This document shows positions 28,044 through 37,920 of a stretch of DNA of 64,000 nucleotides, one piece after another. Both the position numbers and the translations under genes were made by a program. The notes under the pieces were generated by a model, which worked only from the letters and a program-made list of their open reading frames with translations, did no database searches and was not told the origin of the DNA. The first letter of the stretch is position 1. The number at the start of each line of letters is the position of its first letter. The stretch comes from Coraliomargaritaceae bacterium (GTDB taxonomy: Bacteria > Verrucomicrobiota > Verrucomicrobiia > Opitutales > Coraliomargaritaceae), in assembly GCA_965656495.1 (NCBI GenBank), contig CBFHKU010000001.1:306781-370780 (forward strand), written 5' to 3'.

Positions 28044-31000
28044 ATGCCTACATACAAGTCTAGTACCCTAAAGCCCTTATCGACAAACCCTCGCGGGTTT
28101 GCCTTGGTCATCGCGCTTTCGTTGATGTCCTTTGTTCTGCTCTTGGTTTTGAGTTTGTCGGCTTTGCTGCAGGTAGAAAACAGCACCGCTACCATCAGTG
28201 CCGCGGAACTGGAGGCACGCATGAACGCGCAACTCGGCGCCATGATTGCGCTGGGCGATTTGCAACGCTACACCGGCCCGGATCAACGGGTCACGGCGCG
28301 CGCCGACATTTTGCTGGCACCGGGTGAGACGGGCCGCACAGGACAAGAGCGCTGGACGGGGGTCTGGTCCTCGAAGAGCAATATCAATGACCCTCTAGAT
28401 GGGATTGATGGCTTGAATAATCGACAGCCGGTCTGGTTGGTGAGCGGTGAAAATCCGAATGCATACTCAGCGATTGGGACAAACGCCGTAGCATTGGCAA
28501 CGGTTGGTAAAAGCGTAATCGATAAAAGCGCCAAAGCTGGCGATGACACCGTTCGAGTGGAAACGGAGGCGATTGTGGGAAGCGAAGCGGAGATCAGCGG
28601 TCGCTATGCTTACTGGGTGAGCGACGAGGGCATCAAGGCGCGGGTCAACTTATCGGATCCACATTTGGATAGTTCCGATCCCGATGCGGATTACTACCGC
28701 AACGCGATGGCACAGGTCGCCGATCCGACCGCAGTCTCAAATTTTGAGGGCAAGCAAATTTTGTCCGCGACCGAGTCACGCTGGAAAAAGGTGGAACTCG
28801 ACCCTGCCTCCATCACCAGTTTGAAGAACATCCCGATGTTCCTTGAGCCGGACTTGGGAGACGAAAAATTGGACAGCGTAAACCGCGAGTTCTTCCACGA
28901 CTTCACGGTACATTCCAGCGGTGTGCTCGCCAACGTAAAGGACGGCGGTTTGAAACGCGACCTCTCGACGGCGCTGTTGGATTTGCCGAAAGATTTAGAG
29001 GACGAACTTCTCTTTGAACCTCATGGAAACGAACCAAGCCCCGGTGATCCGGGAGGTCCCACTTGGAAACAACTGGCCAACTTTTTTAAAGCTTCCCTCG
29101 AAGAAAAATCCGGGGATCCCAATCAGGTTGAATTCCGTATGCCGACTGAAGATCAACCGGGCATTGTTCCGGTGGTAACCCGTTGGGTTTTTATCTATCA
29201 CCCCTTTGCGGCTTTCACCAGCGATACCCCGATAAGCGATGGCTCAGAGGGTTTTCAGGTACAGAACTACTCCAATAACTACGAATATAGCATCGGGATA
29301 TTACCGCTTATAACTTTGTGGAATCCGTATGACAAGGATCTGGTAATTGGCGAATCAGACGAAGACGCCATTGGGGTTGAGTGCGAATTTTTTCGCGACG
29401 CGGTATGGCGCCGTTGGCCAAGAAGCAACGACATCGTCTGTGATATAAGAAATGCAGGAAACTGGAGCTACTCGATGCCCGTTTTTTCAAATGCGGCTCG
29501 GGCTTGGGTGTTGCGGTTTAAGATCAAAGGCCTAACCATTCCTGCTGGGGAAGCCCTTAACTTTTCGCCACCCCTGAATTCATACTATCAAAAGGTCGTG
29601 GCGGCAGATGGAGCGGGAGACAATTACCTTGTGCCGGGTGCGAGTGGCGAGTTGGTCAATGGGTTTTTCAGCGTACCGAAGCGGGGGGAGGCTCGGCAGG
29701 GCAATTTGAACAACCCTGCCTTTACCGGAAATAGCGGCGCCGGTTTTGGATTCTATAATCAAGCTGCGGGCATGGTCGCAAATCCTGCCCTTCAGCTTAA
29801 CCATGTATGGCAGACGAAAAATTCCGGTGGCGATTTGGGCAGCACGACCATTCAAAACGGGACGATGACCCGGCAATTGCTCAACCTATATTATTTGCCC
29901 AATGTCAGCGGTGACTGGCAGGACGTCGACCGTTTCAAAGCCTTGAGTTTTCGCGGGCCGGAAAAAACCGTGTATGAGAACAAGATGCGCAGCGTCCTGC
30001 TGAACCGCGCTATCACTGACCCCGATGCCGCTTGGAATGTTGCTCCCATTACATTTGACGACGCCATTAATCCCAAGGGTGCCAGCAAAAATGCCAATTT
30101 TAATGATGGGCTCATCGATTTGACTGATTTTAACACATTTAAATTTTCTGGAAAGGCATTGCGAGGCGTGACAGCGGTTTTGAAGTTCCCGATGGCAGCG
30201 ACCGATGCCGGTACAACATTTGGGTATGACCTGCCCTCGCACCTGTATGGAAGGCTCAATCCTACTTCACCGGTGAGTAACAGCCCGCTCGGCACCGAAA
30301 AGAATCAATTCTTCAACAAAGATTATTCCCTCTACACCAGAGGACCGGCTTCGGATCCCAGCCACTGGGCCGGTAACCCGAACGTCCCGCCACTAGAGAA
30401 CCTGAATTTTGCAGCTATGGACGAGGCGGCCACATACGTTGGGCTAGGGGACACTTTTTCAAATAAGGGTAGTAAGCAAGCGGTGCTCTTTGAAATCCCG
30501 GATAAACCTATCATCAGCGTGGGGCAGTTGATGCATGCAAATTTGTCCTCCCTGAGAAGCAGCAACAGCGGCGGCGAGTTTAATCAGGAAAACCATTTCC
30601 CGCTCGACAACATGATTCAGGAGTCCGGCGGAAAAAATACAAATCGCTTTCATGCCTATGCTGCGCCGGCACACGCCATCGGTAACTCAATGGCACCGGT
30701 GTCCATTAGCCTCAGTCAGACCAAGGATTTTGAAGCGGATGGGGTCAATTTGGACGAGGCTCAAATTCCCGCCATGGGTGCCAGTTATGATTATTCCTAT
30801 GAATTGAATGCGGCCCTCTGGGATCGTTTCTTCTTTAGCGGCCACAACAACACATCGCCAACTTACCCCCTGCCCAATAGCCGTCTACGCTTTTGGGACG
30901 AAGATACTTCCTCCGCAAGTCTCGCTCTGGAAAATGAGGCCGCCGCGCATTTGCTTCTCGCGGGTGGCTTCAATATTAACTCTACCTCAGTGGCGGCCTG

Positions 31001-31763
31001 GGAATCCGTTCTGGGCGCAATGCGCGAGATTCCTCTGCCCGATGGCACCAGTTCCAGTGAAGCGGAGCAAAAGCACCCCTTTGCACGTTTTACAAAACCC
31101 CTCTCTGGCAACACCGGCTCCCTTCCGGGTTCAACGACTGACAAGGCTGCTCTGGCGGCCGGTTACAGAAGCCTTACCGACGCCCAAATCTCGGCATTGG
31201 CAACCGAGCTGGTAGCAGAAATCCGGCGACGCACCAGCGCCCTTCGCAACAACGGTTTTCGTCACCCCTTCCTCTCGCTCGCTGATTTCATTAACCGCTC
31301 CCTTGTCCACAGCACTAAATCCTACGCCCTCAGTGGTGCAATTCAGGCCGCCATTGACCGCACTGACATCAACGGTTCCAAGGCTGATTCCAGCGGATTA
31401 TGGAATGCTACCGAAACAGCCGCCCTGCCTAATTACGCTGAAAACGACTTGAAGCTTGAGAATCGTCCCCTCACCGAGGGGATGCCCGGCTTCCTTATGC
31501 AGGCTGACCTCTTGAGCAAGATCGGGTCGATTTTGCAGGCCCGCAGCGACACCTTTACAATCCGTGCTTACGGCAGTGCCGAGAATCCCGTTACCAATGC
31601 CGCCCGTAGCCGCGCCTATTTCGAGATCACGGTACAACGCCTGCCCGCATATATTGATGCTACCAACTTGGATTATGAAGCAGCCAATTCGCCCCTTAAT
31701 CAAAGTTTTGGTCGGCGTTACAAAATCATCTCGGAGCGCTATCTGGGGGGCGATGAGATTTGA
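28044..31763 (+). CDS. large prepilin-type (PilX / Verru_Chthon cassette A-like) protein
   Basis: RG/FALVIALSL class III signal, GPDQRVTARA, YAYWVSDEGIKA, FNINSTSVAAW, ARSDTFTIRAYG, FGRRYKI. Confidence 0.75.
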   Translation: MPTYKSSTLKPLSTNPRGFALVIALSLMSFVLLLVLSLSALLQVENSTATISAAELEARMNAQLGAMIALGDLQRYTGPDQRVTARADILLAPGETGRTGQERWTGVWSSKSNINDPLDGIDGLNNRQPVWLVSGENPNAYSAIGTNAVALATVGKSVIDKSAKAGDDTVRVETEAIVGSEAEISGRYAYWVSDEGIKARVNLSDPHLDSSDPDADYYRNAMAQVADPTAVSNFEGKQILSATESRWKKVELDPASITSLKNIPMFLEPDLGDEKLDSVNREFFHDFTVHSSGVLANVKDGGLKRDLSTALLDLPKDLEDELLFEPHGNEPSPGDPGGPTWKQLANFFKASLEEKSGDPNQVEFRMPTEDQPGIVPVVTRWVFIYHPFAAFTSDTPISDGSEGFQVQNYSNNYEYSIGILPLITLWNPYDKDLVIGESDEDAIGVECEFFRDAVWRRWPRSNDIVCDIRNAGNWSYSMPVFSNAARAWVLRFKIKGLTIPAGEALNFSPPLNSYYQKVVAADGAGDNYLVPGASGELVNGFFSVPKRGEARQGNLNNPAFTGNSGAGFGFYNQAAGMVANPALQLNHVWQTKNSGGDLGSTTIQNGTMTRQLLNLYYLPNVSGDWQDVDRFKALSFRGPEKTVYENKMRSVLLNRAITDPDAAWNVAPITFDDAINPKGASKNANFNDGLIDLTDFNTFKFSGKALRGVTAVLKFPMAATDAGTTFGYDLPSHLYGRLNPTSPVSNSPLGTEKNQFFNKDYSLYTRGPASDPSHWAGNPNVPPLENLNFAAMDEAATYVGLGDTFSNKGSKQAVLFEIPDKPIISVGQLMHANLSSLRSSNSGGEFNQENHFPLDNMIQESGGKNTNRFHAYAAPAHAIGNSMAPVSISLSQTKDFEADGVNLDEAQIPAMGASYDYSYELNAALWDRFFFSGHNNTSPTYPLPNSRLRFWDEDTSSASLALENEAAAHLLLAGGFNINSTSVAAWESVLGAMREIPLPDGTSSSEAEQKHPFARFTKPLSGNTGSLPGSTTDKAALAAGYRSLTDAQISALATELVAEIRRRTSALRNNGFRHPFLSLADFINRSLVHSTKSYALSGAIQAAIDRTDINGSKADSSGLWNATETAALPNYAENDLKLENRPLTEGMPGFLMQADLLSKIGSILQARSDTFTIRAYGSAENPVTNAARSRAYFEITVQRLPAYIDATNLDYEAANSPLNQSFGRRYKIISERYLGGDEI

Positions 31764-32626
31764 AACAGCGCGGTATATCTTTTTCCGGACTATGCCTCGG
31801 GCTTTTATTGGCGCTTACATGCAGCGCGCAAAACCAGTCGGGTTCCCTCGCTAGTGATATAAGCTACAGTTTCACGGTCTTCTATTTAAACTACGCTACA
31901 TCGGAAGACCAAGGTGACCCCTATAACGTCACGAACCTGAAGTTTCTCGACCGTGGTGCGCCCGTTAATTTGGTCGTGCATCACGGTTCGGTTTCGCGTC
32001 AATTTGCTTACCGGGGTCAGTCTTCTTTTAGCTTCGTAAAGGAAATCGCGGCACAAGATGGAGTACTGCAATACAGGCCGCTGCTTTCAGTGGATTTTGG
32101 AACACCCGGGCAAAAAATGATCGTTCTCCTGCGACGCCCGGACGCCACGCTGCAAGCCCTGGTCTATGACCTCAGTGTCCAAGTTATTCCGGGTGAAGTG
32201 GTGTGGCTGATTAACCTGAGTCGACAAACGCTTCTGGCTAAGATTGATGAAAAAAGCGCACAAGTGGCATTTCGGCAGATGGAGGAATTTCCGGTGGAAG
32301 GCGAAGGGACAAAATATCGGGTGCCGTTTGTATTGGCTTATGAAATGGGTAACACTCCGCAATTCATTGAAAGACGCCGTCTTGCAGTGCGAAAAAACGG
32401 ACGCGTGCTCCTTATCGTATACCCGGAAAGACAAAACCCAATGCAACTGACCTACCACAAGCATGGGGTGGGTAAGCCGCTTACTCCGGATCACACAAAC
32501 GCATCTGACAAAGTTTACAATTACCGCCGCAGCACTATAGAAGAAGAACTGGAGAAGCGCCGGCAAATTTTGCGGGAAGCCGGACGCGGTGCGGCTGCAG
32601 AAAGTACTCCGGATCCACAGCCTTAA
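31760..32626 (+). CDS. hypothetical exported protein coupled to the pilin-like gene
   Basis: TTG start overlaps the upstream stop; signal peptide. Confidence 0.65.
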   Translation: MKQRGISFSGLCLGLLLALTCSAQNQSGSLASDISYSFTVFYLNYATSEDQGDPYNVTNLKFLDRGAPVNLVVHHGSVSRQFAYRGQSSFSFVKEIAAQDGVLQYRPLLSVDFGTPGQKMIVLLRRPDATLQALVYDLSVQVIPGEVVWLINLSRQTLLAKIDEKSAQVAFRQMEEFPVEGEGTKYRVPFVLAYEMGNTPQFIERRRLAVRKNGRVLLIVYPERQNPMQLTYHKHGVGKPLTPDHTNASDKVYNYRRSTIEEELEKRRQILREAGRGAAAESTPDPQP

Positions 32627-32731
32627 AACTTTGGAGCCGCATGGCCTATCCCGGGCCGACTCATGGAAATCTTCAGTTCTCGATTCAAAAAGCTCCATTG
32701 CGGGGGCGGGCGCATTGCGCTAGTTTGAAGG

Positions 32732-34186
32732 ATGTCACTTTATAAAATACTCGCCGCCTGCGCCCTGTGTCTTGGATGTCTGGTGAGCGGTGGTCATCTC
32801 TCTGCTGGAGAGGATCTCCGTGGAACGCGCCCGAACATCGTCTTCTTCCTGGCGGATGATCAAAGTTTCCCGGACCACGCCATCAACGGTAATTTCAAGG
32901 TGCCGACGCCGGTGACGCTGGCATTTTCGCAGGAGGGTTTGGTCTTTGATCGCGCCTACACGGGGCAGGCGGTCTGCGCCCCCAGTCGGTCGATGCTTTA
33001 CTCGGGTTTGTATCCCATCCGCAATGGTTGTTTCCTGAATCACTACGCGGTGCGCCGGGGGGTGAAGACCCTCGCTTCCTATTTGCGGGAACTGGACTAC
33101 ACGGTCGTTCTCGCGGGGAAGTCGCACGTAAAGCCAGCTTCGCAATTCCCCTGGTCGGAACACATGAACCCCGTCCGTCAGCAGGGGCTCCCGCGTCCGG
33201 TTATTCCGGTGGAAAAGATGGATCGTTTCATCGGAGGAGCGGGGGATTCGCCTTTTTGTATTATCGTCGCGAGTGAATACCCACACGGGCCCTACATTAA
33301 AAACACGCCCTTCGGGAAAGGGGATATTCAAATGCCGCCCTATCTACCGAGCACGGAATGGAACCTGAATCGCGCCACCCAGTATTACGCCAGCATCCTG
33401 CAAAAGGAGAAGGAATTCCTCGCGGTCTTGAATCTCTTGAAAAAGCACGGGCGCGAATCGGACACCCTGGTTTTTTATGCCGATGATCACGGCGCGGATA
33501 TGGGGAAGTTCACGGTTTCGGATCGCGGGTTGCGGGTTGCGTTCATGGCGCGTTGGCCGGGTAAAATTACGACCGGTCGCACCGCCGCGCTCACGAGTTT
33601 TGCGGACTTTGTGCCGACCGCGATTGAACTGGCAGGTGGGACGGTGCCTGCGGGGCTGGACGGCAAGAGCCTCCTTCCGGTTCTCAGCGGCGCGAGCCAG
33701 CAACATCACGACTACGTATACGGAGTTTCTCATAACCAAGGAATTCAAAGACGCAGCGTCTTTCCGCAACGTTCGGTGCATGATGGGCGTTATCACTACG
33801 TCCGCAACTTTAACACCATGGAACGCATTGAGCGCGATCGTGCTGCGGGTAAGGAGATCAATTACTTCCTGGAGCGCGGCGCGAAGGAACACGGTAAACC
33901 CGAAGAGGAACTCTACGATACCGAGGCGGATCCCTTTGAATTCAAAAACCTCGCTGCCGACCCTGCGCTCGCGGCAACGAAGGCTCGCCTGAAAGCGGCA
34001 CTCTTTGCTTGGATGGAACAACAAAAGGATCACCTCAGCGAGGATGGACCCATCACTTTGTTCGCGGTGGAGAAACATCAACTCAATCTGACTGAGCCGC
34101 AATTCAACTATACCGTACCGGAGGAACACGCCGGCCCCGTTGCCGGACTTGTTGATCCCCACGCCAGTACCGAGCCGAACCCCTGA
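32732..34186 (+). CDS. formylglycine-dependent sulfatase
   Basis: RPNIVFFLADD, CAPSR (CxPxR), GKSH, ELYD...DPFE..NLA. Confidence 0.93.
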   Translation: MSLYKILAACALCLGCLVSGGHLSAGEDLRGTRPNIVFFLADDQSFPDHAINGNFKVPTPVTLAFSQEGLVFDRAYTGQAVCAPSRSMLYSGLYPIRNGCFLNHYAVRRGVKTLASYLRELDYTVVLAGKSHVKPASQFPWSEHMNPVRQQGLPRPVIPVEKMDRFIGGAGDSPFCIIVASEYPHGPYIKNTPFGKGDIQMPPYLPSTEWNLNRATQYYASILQKEKEFLAVLNLLKKHGRESDTLVFYADDHGADMGKFTVSDRGLRVAFMARWPGKITTGRTAALTSFADFVPTAIELAGGTVPAGLDGKSLLPVLSGASQQHHDYVYGVSHNQGIQRRSVFPQRSVHDGRYHYVRNFNTMERIERDRAAGKEINYFLERGAKEHGKPEEELYDTEADPFEFKNLAADPALAATKARLKAALFAWMEQQKDHLSEDGPITLFAVEKHQLNLTEPQFNYTVPEEHAGPVAGLVDPHASTEPNP

Positions 34187-34274
34187 GCTAAAGCTTCTGC
34201 ATGAAGGCACTTGCTGAGGCCTTTTTTTAAAAGGTGTTTACTTTGGTTAAATATTTTGATTCTATGGTATAATA

Positions 34275-34919
34275 ATGAATAAATGTAAATTTTTTATAGT
34301 TCTTGTTTTTGCCGGTTTACTGCAACTTTCATTTACAGGGCTATATGGACAGGCATTGATCGCATACACCTTGAATTTATCTGAGGATTTAACAGTGAAT
34401 GCTGATAAGTCACAGGCCGTATGGACTGAAGGAGATCTACGTCTGACTATTTCTGTGGATATTGATGAATATAATGGCGCAGGCTTGGCGGGAATTTCTC
34501 ACGCACCGAATCGTTGGGGTATTGATTTATTTGCTGGGGTTGATGACGAAATGAATTTGTCTTTTAACAAACCCGTTAAAATCAAAAGTCTTAGGTTCCG
34601 AAGGAGCCGATACTTGGATAACAACGATAAACTTGAATTCAAAATTAACAGTAGCGTGGTCCACACCTTAAGTGGAGTGACATCTTTGAATCCGAATGAC
34701 TATAGTTTTAATTCCGTAATTGAATTAGCGGCAAATGAAACTTTGGTGATTCTTTCTAAACATTTTACAGACGCCGCTAACCAACCTTTTTCGAAACAAC
34801 TTGTTGTGGATAGAATGTATATCGATGTTGTTCCCGAGTCCTCGTACTATCCAATTATTTTTGGATTACCGGTCTTTATCCTTGTGATGCTTCGCCGTAT
34901 TAATGGCAATCGCCCCTGA
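34275..34919 (+). CDS. PEP-CTERM-like surface protein
   Basis: Signal peptide; C-terminal VPES, TM helix and LRR; low GC. Confidence 0.75.
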   Translation: MNKCKFFIVLVFAGLLQLSFTGLYGQALIAYTLNLSEDLTVNADKSQAVWTEGDLRLTISVDIDEYNGAGLAGISHAPNRWGIDLFAGVDDEMNLSFNKPVKIKSLRFRRSRYLDNNDKLEFKINSSVVHTLSGVTSLNPNDYSFNSVIELAANETLVILSKHFTDAANQPFSKQLVVDRMYIDVVPESSYYPIIFGLPVFILVMLRRINGNRP

Positions 34920-34926
34920 TATTAAT

Positions 34927-35772
34927 TTAAGTTCTTCTGTTCCACCGTGCCCAGGTGCCACTGGGAACCTGCAGCACGGTGTCTTCTCCCTGTAGGAGCA
35001 TCTCGCCCTGTTCGAGTGTTCCGCCGGGGAGAAGCTGCCGGAGGAGGTTGCTCAGCACGGTGGGTGTGAAGCCGGGGGTATGACTGGTCAAATAAACGAA
35101 AGCGGGTCGGTCGCTGAGGACGTTCTTGACAAGCTGCAGGGTCTCGAGGAGGGCGTGTTCGATTTTATAGAGTTCACCGCTCTTGCCGCGCCCGAAGGAG
35201 GGCGGGTCGAGCAGCACCGCATCGTAACGCCGGCCCCGGCGTTCCTCGCGTTGCAGGAATTTGTTGACGTCGTCCACGATCCAGCGGATGGGGTGTTCCT
35301 CTAATTGATTGAGCGCGGCGTTTTCACGCGCCCATGCAACCATACCTTTGGAGGCGTCAACGTGACAACAATGGGCACCTCCCTGTGCCGCCGCGAGGGT
35401 GGCGCCGCCGGAATAGGCAAAGAGATTGAGGAAATTCAAGGGTTCTTTGCGGCTCTTGGTTTCCGTTTTGATCCGTTCACGAATCCAGCGCCAGAGCTCA
35501 CGGGTTTCCGGGAAGACCCCGAGGTGACCGAAATCGGTGGTGGCGAGTTTCATACAGACGCCCTCAATGGTGGCGTTCCAGGCCTCCGGGAGCGCTTCAC
35601 GGCCCCGCCATTCCAAGCCGTCCTTGCGGGTGAAGTAGGCATCGGCTTCTTTCCAAAGCGCCGGGGTGGAGGGATTCCAAACCGCCTGTGCGCAGGGCCG
35701 ATCCAAAAGGATGGTTCCGAAGCGTTCGAGTTTGCGGCCGTGACCGCTGTCGAGGAGGGCGTATTCGTTCAT
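34927..35772 (-). CDS. class I SAM-dependent methyltransferase (RlmI/RlmK-like)
   Basis: [28 protein letters not shown]. Confidence 0.88.
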   Translation of the reverse strand: MNEYALLDSGHGRKLERFGTILLDRPCAQAVWNPSTPALWKEADAYFTRKDGLEWRGREALPEAWNATIEGVCMKLATTDFGHLGVFPETRELWRWIRERIKTETKSRKEPLNFLNLFAYSGGATLAAAQGGAHCCHVDASKGMVAWARENAALNQLEEHPIRWIVDDVNKFLQREERRGRRYDAVLLDPPSFGRGKSGELYKIEHALLETLQLVKNVLSDRPAFVYLTSHTPGFTPTVLSNLLRQLLPGGTLEQGEMLLQGEDTVLQVPSGTWARWNRRT

Positions 35773-35870
35773 GGGTTTGGCTGGTTGCAGCTTCTAACTT
35801 CTGATTCGGCCCCGCAGAATTGGCGACTATTAATTTAGGCTGCGGGGGCAGATGTAGTTAGTGGTGAAAA

Positions 35871-36355
35871 GAACCACGAAAACTTTGAACATCGAACATC
35901 GAACATCGAACGTTGAAGGGGAACCACGAATGGGCACGAATGGATTGTATCTCGTGGAAGCGACAATCCTGTCGCTTTGGTTGCACGGTTTGGGGAGGAA
36001 CCACGAAATAGACGAAATACACGAAAAGGGTGTTAGGGTCACTGACTTGTTACCATGTGCCCGGCATAGCCGGGAACCACTAATCTTCACTAATCTACGC
36101 TAATGAGGGAGGGGGTAATGGTGGGAAAGTATGAAGGTGGGAAGGTGGGATCAGTCTTAATCTTATTCTTACTCTTAATCATAATCTTGGGAGCTTCGAA
36201 CGGATTGCGTCTCGTGGAAGCGACAATCCTGTCGCTTTGCTTGTGCGGCTTGGGTTGAAAAGCGACAGGATTGTCGCTTCCACGGCTGGTGGATTAAGAT
36301 TAAGAGTAGGATTAAGATTAAGATTAGGATTAAGAGTAAGATTAGGAGTATGATT
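35871..36355. repeat. composite repeat mosaic (6/7/8/9-mer tandem tracts + REP palindromes)
   Basis: (GAACATC)n, AACCACGAA/ACACGAA units, GTGGGAAR units, TCTTAA/TTAAGA tracts and three copies of GTGGAAGCGACAATCCTGTCGCT. Confidence 0.88.
36214..36283. mobile_element. REPIN-like inverted REP doublet
   Basis: GTGGAAGCGACAATCCTGTCGCT (36214..36236) and its exact reverse complement (36261..36283). Confidence 0.75.
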
Positions 36356-36395
36356 TTGACAGCTTGACAGCAAATATATTTGATGCTTTGATGCT
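36356..36395 (+). promoter_or_regulatory. 8-bp phased repeats / promoter-operator of TA locus
   Basis: TTGACAGC TTGACAGC aaatatat TTGATGCT TTGATGCT immediately before the antitoxin ATG. Confidence 0.55.
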
Positions 36396-36398
36396 TTT

Positions 36399-36674
36399 AT
36401 GCGAACAACGGTAACTTTGGATGCGGACGTGGCGGAGTATATACGTGAGGCCTGTCACAAACGGAAGCAGAGCTTTAAGGCAGTGCTGAATGAGGCGTTG
36501 CGGGCGTCTTTGAAGCCGGCGGGGAGGCGTTCGCCGGAGCTTTTGAAGCCGCAGTCGTTGGGTTTGGTGGCGGGAGTGGATTCGCGGCGTTTGTCGGAAT
36601 TGGCGGACGATCTGGAGGCGGAAGCAGTGCTGGCGGCTGAGGCTCGAAGTAAATACGGAAAGGCGGGGGAATGA
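36399..36674 (+). CDS. RHH/CopG-type antitoxin
   Basis: MRTTVTLDADV...SFKAVLNEALR; overlaps the toxin start (ATGA). Confidence 0.85.
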   Translation: MRTTVTLDADVAEYIREACHKRKQSFKAVLNEALRASLKPAGRRSPELLKPQSLGLVAGVDSRRLSELADDLEAEAVLAAEARSKYGKAGE

Positions 36675-37108
36675 TTGTGCCGGATGTGAATTTATTGCTG
36701 TACACGGTGAACACCGATCTTCGGGAGCATGAGCGGGCTTTTGCGTGGTGGTCTTCGGTTTTAAAAGCGGGGATGCCGGTGGGTCTGTGCGGATGCGTTA
36801 GTTTTGCATTTGTGCGTTTATCGACGAACCCGCGTGTGTTTTCGCGGCCGTTGGAGGTTTGTGATGCCTTTGCTTATCTCAATAATTGGCTGAGTTTTGA
36901 GGGGGTTCGAATCTTGGAAAACGAGGCGGGTGATCTGGCGGTTACACAGGGATTTCTTGAGGCAGCGGGTACGGGCGGCAATCTGGTGACCGATGCTCAG
37001 GTAGCGGCGGTGGCGCGGCGGGTTCAGGGAACGGTTTATAGCGCCGATGCGGATTTTGGGCGTTTTGAGCGCCTGCGCTGGAAAAACCCGCTGGTGGGGA
37101 AGCCGTAA
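36671..37108 (+). CDS. vapC: VapC family PIN toxin
   Basis: MIVPDVNLLLY, FVRLSTNPRVF, GNLVTDAQVAA, SADADFGRF, WKNPL. Confidence 0.9.
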   Translation: MIVPDVNLLLYTVNTDLREHERAFAWWSSVLKAGMPVGLCGCVSFAFVRLSTNPRVFSRPLEVCDAFAYLNNWLSFEGVRILENEAGDLAVTQGFLEAAGTGGNLVTDAQVAAVARRVQGTVYSADADFGRFERLRWKNPLVGKP

Positions 37109-37178
37109 GAGTCGGGCTGGGAAGCTGGGGGTCAATTTTCCTCGTTTACAGCGGGGCCTCGTGCATTAGCTTCGCAGA

Positions 37179-37691
37179 ATGGACAGTTTATTGATTATTA
37201 CTATTAGTGGCCCGGATCGCGCGGGTCTGGTTGAACGACTCGCGGAGGAAGTGGCGGCCAACGGTGGGAATTGGGAGCATTGTCGGATGGCGCATCTCGG
37301 GGATCGTTTTGTTGGTCTGTTGCAGGTGCGAGTGTCGGGGGATCGCCAGCAGGATTTGGAGAGTGCGGTTCGTGCCATTCCGGATTTAGATGTTTTGATC
37401 GCGCATTCGGAGGGCGAGACTGCCGATGCTCCGAGCGAGGAAGTCTTTGAACTGGAGGTAACGGGCAGTGACCACCCCGGGATTGTGCGCGATATTTTCC
37501 GCGCCCTCGCGCAAGCCGGTGCAAATGTGGAGTCCCTCCGCACCGAAACCAGCAATGCCGCCGAGACCGGGGGCTTGCTCTTTACTGCGAAGGCGCGACT
37601 CAGTGGGAGTGCTGCCTTGGATATGGATTCCGTGCAGGCGAGTTTGGAAGCAATTGCGCAGGATATTCTTGTGGATTTTGTCTTAAAGTGA
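37179..37691 (+). CDS. tandem ACT-domain protein (GcvR-like)
   Basis: GPDRAGLV and GSDHPGIV ACT motifs. Confidence 0.85.
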   Translation: MDSLLIITISGPDRAGLVERLAEEVAANGGNWEHCRMAHLGDRFVGLLQVRVSGDRQQDLESAVRAIPDLDVLIAHSEGETADAPSEEVFELEVTGSDHPGIVRDIFRALAQAGANVESLRTETSNAAETGGLLFTAKARLSGSAALDMDSVQASLEAIAQDILVDFVLK

Positions 37692-37692
37692 G
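37661..37692 (+). repeat. left copy of 32-bp direct repeat (3' end of the ACT-domain gene)
   Basis: GGATATTCTTGTGGATTTTGTCTTAAAGTGAG, 31/32 identical to 44468..44499. Confidence 0.92.
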
Positions 37693-37920
37693 GGGCGTCA
37701 TTTAAGTCTTATTGGAGCTATTCAGGATCTCAATCTCTTGAGTGTGCCGTATCTGCGGCTAGATTACGAAGGGCAAATTGTGATTTAGGATGCCCCTTTG
37801 TTTATTCTTAGCTGGAAGCTTGGCGAGCTTACGGAACCTTTAACGATTATACGTTTATAACGGACGATCTACTTTGTCTGTTTAGATTTATATTGTGTAG
37901 TATTTTAAGTGTAAATAAGT

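Noticed and set aside
27843..34926. Third island with a duplicated gene end (lysA to methyltransferase)
   Set aside because: The content looks accessory, but I found no repeat of either flanking gene's 3' end.
35871..36355. CRISPR array interpretation of the repeat mosaics (also 52400..52815)
   Set aside because: No constant-length repeats with unique, regular spacers, and no cas genes in the window.
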